NCBI GenBank assembly: GCA_002269645.1 | Contig: NIVC01000506.1 | Span: 124,001-188,000, forward strand | Source of the DNA: Macrostomum lignano | Taxonomy: Eukaryota | Direction of reading: 5' to 3' | DNA: 64,000 bases | Part shown: positions 53,602 through 64,000 of the stretch, in pieces | Layout: every line of letters begins with the position of its first letter | How positions within the stretch are numbered: the first letter of the stretch is position 1 | Notes under the pieces: model-generated | Told to the model about the DNA's origin: nothing | Database searches by the model: none | Seen by the model: only the letters and a program-made list of their open reading frames with translations | Translations under genes and position numbers: made by a program

Positions 53602-54384
53602 TATTTTGAGGCTAATTCATTCACCAAACAATACCTCTGCGACCCCGGGGAGCAACACTATATAAGCTATGGATTGCTGCAGCAACATGGCCTTGATTTG
53701 TAATAAACTTGGCAACATGCTAATCAAGACAATACACAATATTTGCAGTGTGCGATAGTGCAGTACACAACTGCAATAAGTGTATACTGTCAAAATTTGA
53801 TCAATATCAGAGCAGAGGGGGCTGGCTGGCTGTGCGCATTTCTTGTGTTTACGAGCGTCTGCTCGGTGTGCGTCTTATCAGGAGGGGCGGGTGCAGCGCT
53901 TCCCGCCTCCTCCCGGCCTGGCTGGGCCTTCGCGTGGCTTCTGCATGCGACAGATGATAAGGGGTAGGGGCTGGCTGTACGGAGGTCATGGGGTGGCCGC
54001 TCTGGTCTGCCCCGTGAGGCATTCTCACAATCTCTACTCAACCACTGTGTCCTCCTGTCCCACCTGACTATAAAAGATTTGCAAACAATACGCTACCCCA
54101 ACCCCTTGCCCTCACCCATGCATAGCCTAGCCTGCCCAACCCCAGAGCTCGGGTGAGCAAGCCCGATGGATCGGGGCAGAGGGAGGGTGAGGGCCAAATA
54201 AGAGGTTTGCTGCGTTCTTGCCCTGTACAGTGGGTGGAAACGACCAAGCCAGCTTTTCGAATGGAGCACGCACACACACCCTGGCAAATAGAAAAATGGA
54301 CAAACGCACACAGCACTTCAGCTCCCACTTGTATTTAAGCTGGCTCTGAAAATAGAAAAAGCGACGCCAGTTACAGAGCCCAAC

Positions 54385-54658
54385 AGACATTGGCACCGAC
54401 TGACATTGGCACCAATTAACATTGGCACCGACTGACATTGGCACCAACACCAACCGACATTGGCTTCGATTGACATTGGCACCGACTGACATTGGCTTCG
54501 ATTGACATTGGCACCGACTGACATTGGCACCGATTAACATTGGCCCCGACTGACATTGGCACCGGTAGACATTGGCACCGATTAACATTGGCACCGACTG
54601 ACATTGGCACCGATTAACCTTGGCACCGACTGACATTGGCTTCGATTGACATTGGCAC
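54385..54658. repeat. ~16-bp minisatellite (ACATTGGCACCGACTG), about 17 units, just upstream of GT32 copy A
   Basis: Direct reading. Confidence 0.93.
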
Positions 54659-54705
54659 GGGAGACGAGCAGGCGCGGTGTCTTCTACTAATGACTTAAAT
54701 TCTTC

Positions 54706-55917
54706 ATGCTTTCTCACGTGCGCTCCCTGCCTCCCAGGAGGCTGATACCGCCCCTGCTGCTGCTCGTGATCGCCAGCCTGCTGCTCGGGCTGTATAATTT
54801 CGGCTCAAACAGCTGGCTTCAAGGCATCAAATTCCACGATATCATCCAGTTCGACCAGAGGCCTGCTCCGGATAGCTTTGTACCGCGGGCCACTATGCCA
54901 GCTAAGGCTAAGGGATCTGCACCTTTGCAAGGCCTCGACACGGAGGCTCTGCGGCGAAACTTCCCGAAGCTTAAAGAAGCCACAAAACGGCACAGCGGGC
55001 CGCACAAGGCCCGCTTGGACCAGATGATGATCAGCTACCTGCCGTTCATCAGCACCAGTGCGTGGATGCTACACAGTCCAAAGGGAAAGAAGTTTACCGT
55101 ATCGGAAGTTCAAGCTATATCCAATTCCACAATTCAGCCTGGATTCCAGGTGCCAAACATTGCTCACTTTGTCATGCCGTTCGGCGAAACCAACCTGCAG
55201 TTCCACCACATGGTCAGCCTCCTCAGCTGTCTGCACATAATGAAGCCTCACCGTCTGCTGCTGTGGTACGCTCCTGGCAAGCTGCCAAGCGGACAGTGGT
55301 GGGACAGAGTCAGGAAGAATCTGACCGAGTCGGAGTGGGAAGAGAAGATCATATTCGTGCAGAGACCGATTCCCACATCCGTGTACACGGTTCCAGTTCA
55401 CGGAAAAGAGCACCAGTCAGATGTGATGAGGCTTGAAGCTGTGCTCGTATTCGGAGGACTGTACATGGACATCGATGTCCTGGTTCTGAAACCACTGGAG
55501 CCTCTTCGGAAATTCCCTTTCACTATCGGCAGGGAGGTTCCATACGGTCTGTGCAACGGCGTCTTCTTGTCCGCTCCTAGCGGGACGTTTCTGGCGATGT
55601 GGCACACGGCGTACCAGGTGTTTTTCGACGGTTCCTGGGTTGACCATTCGGTGTGGCTGCCAAACACGATGCAACCCATTTTCCCGGACCTGTGTCACGT
55701 GGAAGAGGAGAGCATGGACCGGCCGAACTGGACTCCAGAGGAGGTGAGCTGGATCTATGTAAAAGGACAACAGAGCAGGTGGGATTGGCGCTCGAAGAAC
55801 TACGTCATGCACCTGTGGTTCCGGAAGTACGGCAAGCAGCACAACATGGACAGCATCAAGACTTTGGACAGCATGTTCGGAGAAATGTGTCGTTTTATTC
55901 TTTTTGGGGTTTTTTAA
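54706..55917 (+). CDS. GT32-type DXD glycosyltransferase (alpha-1,4-Gal/GlcNAc transferase-like), type II membrane protein, 403 aa, copy A
   Basis: Single-exon ORF; N-terminal anchor RRLIPPLLLLVIASLLLGLY; VPNIAHF, SDVMRLEAVLVFGGLYMDIDV (DXD), LCNGVFLS, C-terminal VMHLWF. Confidence 0.88.
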   Translation: MLSHVRSLPPRRLIPPLLLLVIASLLLGLYNFGSNSWLQGIKFHDIIQFDQRPAPDSFVPRATMPAKAKGSAPLQGLDTEALRRNFPKLKEATKRHSGPHKARLDQMMISYLPFISTSAWMLHSPKGKKFTVSEVQAISNSTIQPGFQVPNIAHFVMPFGETNLQFHHMVSLLSCLHIMKPHRLLLWYAPGKLPSGQWWDRVRKNLTESEWEEKIIFVQRPIPTSVYTVPVHGKEHQSDVMRLEAVLVFGGLYMDIDVLVLKPLEPLRKFPFTIGREVPYGLCNGVFLSAPSGTFLAMWHTAYQVFFDGSWVDHSVWLPNTMQPIFPDLCHVEEESMDRPNWTPEEVSWIYVKGQQSRWDWRSKNYVMHLWFRKYGKQHNMDSIKTLDSMFGEMCRFILFGVF

Positions 55918-56654
55918 GCGCACGTTGGATGCTCGTATATCCTTTTACATTTTCATGTAGCTCGTACGCGTAATGCCGCTAATTCCTTTGCTTTCTACGG
56001 TATAATTTCCGGTAGTAGCTGACCAATCTTCACAGCTTCGCCGCGACTTTGTCTTGCGAAGGCGAAATCAACTCAGTGGCTTTCCATTATCACACTGTGC
56101 TTGTTTCTGCGTTTTTACTTTTCCTTTGCTTTTTAGTGCCGCAGTTGTTAGCGTGCGTTTAAAAACATAAATATACTCCTGCATGTACATGTAGGTATTT
56201 TTTTGCTTTTCGCCAAAAATCCAGCGGAGCTGCATGGCATGTGTGAACTCAAGATAACTTCTATCAAAAGTGTTTTGGTCACTGGATTGATTAAAGATGC
56301 AAAGATTAAAGACCGACTGAGTAGTGTCAATGTCATCGATAGATAAGCTCATCTACTGTGTCCTGCTACTTACAACACAATTTGCTGAACACTACAGCTC
56401 GTAATAAAAAACAAAGATTTTCAACATTAAAAATGTAAACTCACGCTCTTACCGATACCGAACCATACCGGCACTGGCTCGGCACTTCTGCAAGAATTCA
56501 AGTTTTCAAATTGAAAGTGAGTTGCTTCGCATGTACTTTTGGTTGGCTGGCTGGAAGGTCAGGGAAGAGAGACCCCACCCAAAACACGGAGAAACGTTTT
56601 TATTTGTACAATACTATCGATGCATTCTAAGAAAATTTAGCCAAACTTAAAGGT

Positions 56655-59600
56655 AGTTTAATCAGTCACTTCCGCCGCTCCGTTGTCCCCTGTACAGTCC
56701 ACGAAAAGGTTCCAGTTGATTCGTCTGCCGTCGATTCGTTTTTGCACCTTCGCAAGTTCTGCTTTAGGCTTTTCTCGCTGAAAGAACTGAATCACCTGCT
56801 GGCCCCTCTTAGGCTTTTCTCGCTGAAAGAAACTGATGCCCACGACCCACCCGATGAAGCGACGGCCAGCTGGTCTTGTATTTACATGTAATTACTGAAA
56901 ACCGGAATAGGCGCCAAGGAGAACTTCCAGTCCGACACGAACAAATTCGAACGAGACAGCTGCAACAGATGACAAAATTATAAATGATTAAGTGACTAAA
57001 GCCTGTTCAATATTTATTGGTATTTTTCAGTATTAGAGGGTTGTCTAACAATGTCCTCTTAAAAGAAATTTGAATTCTCTTGAAGTTATTTTAGCTACGC
57101 TCGTATGTCCAACCTATAGTCACTGTGGCACAGTCTGCTACACTACACTATATTTTTGGCTATGCTCATAACCTACTACACGTATGACTAGTATTGGTTG
57201 GCAGACGATCTGCTTCTCCATTTCAACTGCTCAACAGACGAACTGCCGGCAGACGAATTTAATCGCTCGTAGCACCCCTCCACGAAGCACAGAGTCATTC
57301 AGTTGGTTCATTAATTTAGTTTAGGCCAGCAATCTGTTTTTTATATCCTAACATGTCTGTTTTTCCATCGTTTTTTTTGAAAGCTCAATATTTGGCCCGA
57401 GTAAAGCGAGTAGGCGTGGCGATGCCCGCAACTCATTTTTCATGCGCTTTTTGCGCATTGTTTTTAAAAGTCATCGCATCGCTCTAGACATTTAACGGTC
57501 TGCATGAATTTCAAATTGACTTTGTCACCCGGACTCTGTAAGATATTTACGGAAATGAAGGCTTATACAATGAGCTGATCGAGGGACTGACAGGAAATCA
57601 ATTCACAATAAGCTGCAACTGACAGGAAATCAGTTCACAGGAAAACAGTTCACAATAAGCTGCAACTGACAGGAAATCAGTTCACAATAAGCTGCAACTG
57701 ACAGGAAATCAGTTCACAATAAGCTGCAACTAACAGGAAATCAGTTCACAATAAGCTGCAACTGACAGGAAATCAGTTCACAATAAGCTGCACCTGACAG
57801 GAAATCAGTTCACAATAAGCTGCAACTGACAGGAAATCAGTTCACAATAAGCTGCAACTGACAGGAAATCAGTTCACAATAAGCTGCACCTGACAGGAAA
57901 TCAGTTCACAATAAGCTGCAACTGACAGGAAATCAGTTCACAATAAGCTGCAACTGACAGGAAATCAGTTCACAATAATCTGTGAACTACAGGAAATCAG
58001 TTCACAATAAGCTGCAACTAACAGGAAATCAGTTCACAATAATCTGTGAACTAACAGGAAATCAGTTCACAATAAGCTGCAGCTTACAGGAAATCAGTTC
58101 ACAATAAGCTGCAGCTTACAGGAAATCAGTTCACAATAAGCTGTGAACTGACAGGAAATCAGTTCACAATAAGCTGTGAACTGACAGGAAATCAGTTCAC
58201 AATAATCTGTGAACTAACAGGAAATCAGTTCACAATAAGCTGCAGCTTACAGGAAATCAGTTCACAATAAGCTGCAACTGACAGGAAATCAGTTCACAAT
58301 AAGCTGTGAACTGACAGGAAATCAGTTCACAATAAGCTGTGAACTAACAGGAAATCAGTTCACAATAATCTGTGAACTAACAGGAAATCAGTTCACAATA
58401 AGCTGCAGCTTACAGGAAATCAGTTCACAATAAGCTGTGAACTGACAGGAAATCAGTTCACAATAAGCTGTGAACTGACAGGAAATCAGTTCACAATAAG
58501 CTGTGAACTGACAGGAAATCAGTTCACAATAAGCTGCAACTCACAGGAAATCAGTTCACAATAAGCTGCAACTTACAGGAAATCAGTTCACAATAAGCTG
58601 CAACTCACAGGAAATCAGTTCACAATAAGCTGCAACTCACAGGAAATCAGTTCACAATAAGCTGCAACTTACAGGAAATCAGTTCACAATAAGCTGCAAC
58701 TCACAGGAAATCAGTTCACAATAAGCTGCAACTCACAGGAAATCAGTTCACAATAAGCTGCAACTTACAGGAAATCAGTTCACAATAAGCTGCAACTCAC
58801 AGGAAATCAGTTCACAATAAGCTGCAACTCACAGGAAATCAGTTCACAATAAGCTGCAACTTACAGGAAATCAGTTCACAATAAGCTGCAACTCACAGGA
58901 AATCAGCTCACAATAAGCTGCAACTTACAGGAAATCAGTTCACAATAAGCTGCAACTCACAGGAAATCAGTTCACAATAAGCTGCAACTCACAGGAAATC
59001 AGTTCACAATAAGCTGCAACTTACAGGAAATCAGTTCACAATAAGCTGCAACTCACAGGAAATCAGTTCACAATAAGCTGCAACTCACAGGAAATCAGTT
59101 CACAATAAGCTGCAACTCACAGGAAATCAGTTCACAATAAGCTGCAACTGACAGGAAATCAGTTCACAATAAGCTGCAACTGACAGGAAATCAGTTCACA
59201 ATAAGCTGCACCTGACAGGAAATCAGTTCACAATAAGCTGTGAACTGACAGGAAATCAGTTCACAATAAGCTGCAACTGACAGGAAATCAGTTCACAATA
59301 AGCTGTGAACTGACAGGAAATCAGTTCACAATAAGCTGTGAACTGACAGGAAATCAGTTCACAATAATCTGTGAACTAACAGGAAATCAGTTCACAATAA
59401 GCTGCAACTAACAGGAAATCAGTTCACAATAATCTGTGAACTAACAGGAAATCAGTTCACAATAAGCTGCAGCTTACAGGAAATCAGTTCACAATAAGCT
59501 GCAGCTTACAGGAAATCAGTTCACAATAAGCTGTGAACTGACAGGAAATCAGTTCACAATAAGCTGTGAACTGACAGGAAATCAGTTCACAATAATCTGT

Positions 59601-59886
59601 GAACTAACAGGAAATCAGTTCACAATAAGCTGCAGCTTACAGGAAATCAGTTCACAATAAGCTGCAACTCACAGGAAATCAGTTCACAATAAGCTGCAAC
59701 TCACAGGAAATCAGTTCACAATAAGCTGCAACTTACAGGAAATCAGTTCACAATAAGCTGCAACTCACAGGAAATCAGCTCACAATAAGCTGCAACTTAC
59801 AGGAAATCAGTTCACAATAAGCTGCAACTCACAGGAAATCAGTTCACAATAAGCTGCAACTCACAGGAAATCAGCTCACAATAAGC
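56655..59886. mobile_element. Dispersed composite repeat, copy 2
   Basis: Direct homology with 40332-45752; ends in the same CTCACAATAAGCG. Confidence 0.7.
57588..59886. repeat. 32-bp satellite, about 72 units
   Basis: Unit GACAGGAAATCAGTTCACAATAAGCTGCAACT with GTGAACT and CAGCTT variants arranged in blocks; no spacers. Confidence 0.98.
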
Positions 59887-61120
59887 GGGTGACTATTGTG
59901 CGCTAGGCTATGGTATATAAGATATATTCTTCAACAGGCGAAGTGTGTGATACTCGAGCATTGACCCTGCGGTTCTCCGTGCAAAATTGAACCCATCTTT
60001 GTCCAGTAAAGACACAGGACCCCAGTGTGAATTAACACACATTTCACGTTTTAGTACGGCTTTATTAAATACAAAATGCTCATCGCTTACTCTCTGACAC
60101 TATTCCTGGTTCCACTCATTCTAAAACACAAGTACATGTAAGTTGAGTTTCATAATATTTTCCGTGGAATATCATACCGTATCATATCATAGAAGATAAC
60201 AGAAATCAGGAATGACTGTGTTTCATTACCATCTTGCTTACTGTGCCACCAACTTGGCTATTTATTCAGACAGACAAAGTTTGTAGTTGCACTCCAGTCC
60301 GGTGTGCAGTCAAACTTCCACTACAGTACATGTACATTCTAAAGCGGACAGGTTGCAAGCAGACCAAACGAATTCTGTTATAACTCAAATAATTTGCGTT
60401 CGATTACGTACATGTAAGAGTGAATATCGCGATCGCCCTCCAAGAGACCGGTGCACCCGCTTAGAAGACAGCGGCGCCACCAAAGGACAGTCAAATTTCG
60501 GAAACCCGTACTTAGGATGCCTGTATCTGGTATGTGCTAAATGTACATGTACATTCGCATGTAGGAACTGCATGGTCCCTGTCAGCTGTCCGTGTACGCA
60601 CCTGACACTAGATAGTCTACTAGATTATATGGGATTCGTTGAACTAGCTTGGTAATATTGTGCGAGACACTTAATTCCCCTGACAATATCTCTCGCTGCG
60701 CCCCCAAGGAAGCAACGCAAGCGCAGGAAACATCAACGAGCGTCTGAATAATATTTATCTCGTCAAATTTTGAGTTAAATATTGAGATACGGAAAAAGCC
60801 TCCGGCTTGGGTGCCTGAAATGCCTGCTCTTCCCGATAAGCCTATGGGTTGCTGCAGCAGCAGCATAACCTTGAATCGATTTGAAAAAAAATTGTACCAT
60901 GACCTTTGTGCCCGCTGGGCACTTATTCTTGCCTTTTAATGCCATAGACTACATTTAAGCCCGCTTGCAGGACTTTAATGCTTTAAACTTACTTTAATGC
61001 AATATTAGTGGCAGTTAAGTATAATATATTAGGGGTTTGAGGTCGGTACATGTGATTCGGCTCTTGGGATTTAAGTGAAATACCGACCGAAAAACCCATA
61101 GAATATCTTATTTAAACTAC

Positions 61121-61386
61121 TTTAATTTTGCGGGATGTATTCAGATAAATCCCGGAGCCATACTTGTATGTCTATGGTTGAAGTTGGGGATGGGGGTGTG
61201 GGGGCGAAGCCCCTGCTGAGTCACGATTCACGAAGGAAGTGACTCGTGACACGAGTGACACGCCCTATTGTTATAAATTTCTCGAGTCACGAAGGAAGAG
61301 AAGAGAGAAGCTCGCTTATTTAGATACATACAATAATCCTTGCAATATGTCCGGGAAAGTGAACGATTAAATCCCGCAAAATAAAA
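61121..61386. mobile_element. Possible small MITE
   Basis: TTTAATTTTGCGGGAT (61121-61136) and ATCCCGCAAAATAAAA (61371-61386) are inverted at 15/16; not recognised in paralogous unit A; no TSD seen. Confidence 0.3.
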
Positions 61387-62395
61387 TCTATGTCAATAAC
61401 CTCCCTGAAAGTGAGCTTTAAAGTGGTTTAAATTGACAGTTAACGCCCGATTATTCTGTCCCACTTTGTCAAGGACACAAATGTCTATGGCACAATAATA
61501 GTAATACCCATGCTTTGCGGGCGTTAATGTACTAATAGCAACACGTTGAGCATCCGTAGACAACTGCATTTTGTAATGCTGCACAACGGCAATAAATTTA
61601 TCCTGTCAAAATTTAATCAATATCAGAGCAGAATGGGGCTGGCTTATGTTTATGCTTGCTGATGTTTATGCTCTGTGGGTGTCTATCAGGAGGGGCGGTT
61701 GCAGCGCTCCCCGCCTCCTCCCGGCTTAAGGCTTCGCTTCTGCACACAGATAATAAGGGTCGGGGGCTGGCTGCACGGAGGTCATGGGGTGGTGGCTGCC
61801 CCCCCCGCCCACTGCCCCGTGTGGCATTGTCGATCACAATCTCATCTCAACCACTGTGTTCTGTTCCACCAACTGACTGACTGTACTCGTTAAAAATTTG
61901 CAAACAATACGTGACTACCAAACCCACGGCCTCACCCGATGCAAAGCCTGCCCAACCCCGGAGCTCCGGTGAGCAAGTCCGACGGATCGGGGCAGGCCAG
62001 AGTGAGGGTGAGGGGCAAATAGGAGGCTTGCTGTGTGCTAAGCCTGTACAGTGGAGACGACTAAGCCAGTTTTTTGTATGGAGCACGCACGCCCTAGCAA
62101 ATAGGAAAGTGGTCGAGCCCACACAAACATTCAGCGCAGCTTGCATTTTAGCTGGCTCTGAGCATAGCGCACGGTATCCATGGTCGCGAACTATAGTGTT
62201 TCAGAATTAACACTCCACAACTAAAGCCCAGCTACACAAAAAGCTCGACTTAGGTTTATCCTAAGTTTTTGATACTGTCTCTAATAGCTCACTGCAGACC
62301 TGATACTCTAGAATTGCCGACGTTCGACTAGCAATAAAACTGGTTGACATTGGCACAGGAGACAAGCAGATGCGGCGACTCCTGCTTCTGAATTA

Positions 62396-63616
62396 ATGCT
62401 TTCTCACGTGCGCTCCATGTCTCCCAGGAGGCTGATACCGCCCCTGGTGCTGCTCGTGATCGCCAGCCTGCTGCTCGGGCTGTATAATTTCGGCTCAAAC
62501 GGCTGGCTGCAAGGAATCAAATACCACGATATCGTCCAGTTCGACCAGAGGCCTGCTCCGGATAGCTTTGTACCGCGGGCCGCTATGCCAGCAGTTACTC
62601 CTAAGGCTAAGGGATCTGCACCTTTGCAAGGCCTCGACACGGAGGCTCTGCGGCGAAACTTCCCAAAGCTTAAAGAAGCCACAAAACGGCACAGCGGGCC
62701 GCACAAGGCCCGCTTGGACCAGATGATGATCAGCTACCTGCCGTTCATCAGCACCAGTGCGTGGATGCTACACAGTCCAAACGGAAAAAAGTTTACTGTA
62801 TCGGAAGTTCAAGCTGTATCCAATTCCACAATTCAGCCTGGATTCCAGGTGCCAAACATTGCCCACTTTGTCATGCCGTTCGGCGAAACCAACCTGCAGT
62901 TCCACCACATGGTCAGCCTCCTCAGCTGTCTGCACATAATGAAGCCTCACCGTCTGCTGCTGTGGTACGCTCCTGGCAAGCTGCCAAGCGGACAGTGGTG
63001 GGACAGAGTCAGGAAGAATCTGACCGAGTCGGAGTGGGAAGAGAAGATCATATTCGTTCAGAGACCGATTCCCACATCCGTGTACTCGGTTCCAGTTCAC
63101 GGAAAAGAGCACCAAGCAGATATGATGAGAATGGAGGCTGCGCTCGTATTCGGAGGACTGTACATAGACATTGATGTCCTGGTTCTGAAACCGCTGGAGC
63201 CTCTTCGGAAATTCCTTTTCACTATCGGCAGGGAGTTTCCACAGGGTCTATGCAACGGCGTCTTCTTGTCCGCTCCTAGCGGGACGTTTCTGGCGATGTG
63301 GCACACGGCGTACCAGGTGTTTTTCGACGGTTCCTGGAATGACCATTCGGTGTGGCTGCCAAACACCATGCAACCCATTTTCCCGGACCTGTGTCACGTG
63401 GAAGAGGAGAGCATGGACCGGCCGAACTGGACTCCAGAGGAGGTGAGCTGGATCTATGTAAAAGGAAAGCAGAGCAGGTGGGATTGGCGCTCGAAGAACT
63501 ATGTCATGCACCTGTGGTTCCGGAAGTACGGCAAGCAGCACAACATGGACAGCATCAAGACTTTGGACAGCATGTTTGGAGAAATGTGTCGCTTTATTCT
63601 TTTTGGAGCTGTTTAA
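62396..63616 (+). CDS. GT32-type DXD glycosyltransferase, 406 aa, copy B
   Basis: Single-exon ORF; about 21 substitutions plus a 3-aa insertion relative to copy A; GGLYIDIDV. Confidence 0.88.
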   Translation: MLSHVRSMSPRRLIPPLVLLVIASLLLGLYNFGSNGWLQGIKYHDIVQFDQRPAPDSFVPRAAMPAVTPKAKGSAPLQGLDTEALRRNFPKLKEATKRHSGPHKARLDQMMISYLPFISTSAWMLHSPNGKKFTVSEVQAVSNSTIQPGFQVPNIAHFVMPFGETNLQFHHMVSLLSCLHIMKPHRLLLWYAPGKLPSGQWWDRVRKNLTESEWEEKIIFVQRPIPTSVYSVPVHGKEHQADMMRMEAALVFGGLYIDIDVLVLKPLEPLRKFLFTIGREFPQGLCNGVFLSAPSGTFLAMWHTAYQVFFDGSWNDHSVWLPNTMQPIFPDLCHVEEESMDRPNWTPEEVSWIYVKGKQSRWDWRSKNYVMHLWFRKYGKQHNMDSIKTLDSMFGEMCRFILFGAV

Positions 63617-64000
63617 GTGCACGTTGGATGCTCGATCGTATATCCTTTTACAATTACATGTAGTTCGTAAGCGTAATGCCGCTGGTTCCTTTGCTTTCTA
63701 CGGAATAATTTCCAGTAGTAGCTGACCAATCTTCACAGCTTCGCCGCGACTCTGTCTTGGTAAGGCAAAATCAACTCAGTGGCTTTCCATTATCACACTG
63801 TGCTTGTTTCTGCGTTTTTTACTTTTCCTTTGCTTTTTAGTGCCACGTGCTTTTTCCAACAGAAATATACTCCTGCATGTACATGTGGATATTTTTTTGC
63901 TTTTCGGCCAAAAGTCCAGCGGAGCTGCATGGCATGTGTGAGCTCAAGATAACTTCGATCAAAAGTGTTTTGGTCACTGCTGGTTAAAGATGCAAAGATT

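Larger units (their letters stand above)
52300..56340 (+). repeat. Segmental duplication unit A (paralog of about 60005-64000)
   Basis: Colinear matches at 52300-52600/60005-60330, 53180-53330/60490-60660, 53720-54350/61580-62160, the CDS, and the 3' flank 55920-56330/63620-64000. Confidence 0.85.
60005..64000 (+). repeat. Segmental duplication unit B (runs off the window)
   Basis: Colinear with unit A (52300-56340). Confidence 0.85.

Noticed and set aside
57588-59886. 32-bp array as a CRISPR locus
   Set aside because: Units are head-to-tail with no unique spacers, there are no cas genes, and the context is eukaryotic. The same applies to the 30-, 39- and 46-bp arrays.
54706-63616. Horizontal transfer origin for the intronless GT32 genes
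   Set aside because: They have an animal-style type II anchor and host-like codon usage, and single-exon glycosyltransferases are common in animals; a phylogeny would be required.

Overview
Eukaryotic (animal) genomic DNA. Spliced genes with GC-rich exons, introns and spacers packed with minisatellites, and (GACA)n tracts resemble a Macrostomum-type flatworm genome; this is inference from sequence style only. Genes rebuilt by hand from GT..AG junctions with consistent phases: a 5-exon SLC15/PepT oligopeptide transporter (-, 5295-8611), a 2-exon orphan poly-Q gene (+, 10250-11519), a 4-exon DEG/ENaC channel (+, 17080-25322), 5-exon TRMT5 (-, 29313-32982), a GSK3 kinase (+, 36323-39155, first exon unresolved), and two intronless GT32-type (DXD) glycosyltransferase paralogs in a tandem segmental duplication (54706-55917, 62396-63616). 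Mobile DNA: two 2.0-2.7 kb solo LTRs of one family in opposite orientation, each with its own 4-bp TSD; a 5'-truncated, frameshifted Gypsy pol with a 203-bp 3' LTR inside a satellite; a Penelope-like RT scrap; a tRNA-derived SINE; two Tc1-like MITEs; and a dispersed composite repeat whose internal units expanded into different satellites in each copy. The most notable item is a decayed DDE_Tnp_4 (Harbinger/ISL2EU-like) transposase with a SWIM-like finger, directly followed by a decayed USP (peptidase C19) deubiquitinase domain and framed by ~200-bp inverted repeats. Most long ORFs in the supplied track are artefacts of tandem repeats. No CRISPR array, rRNA or tRNA gene was found.
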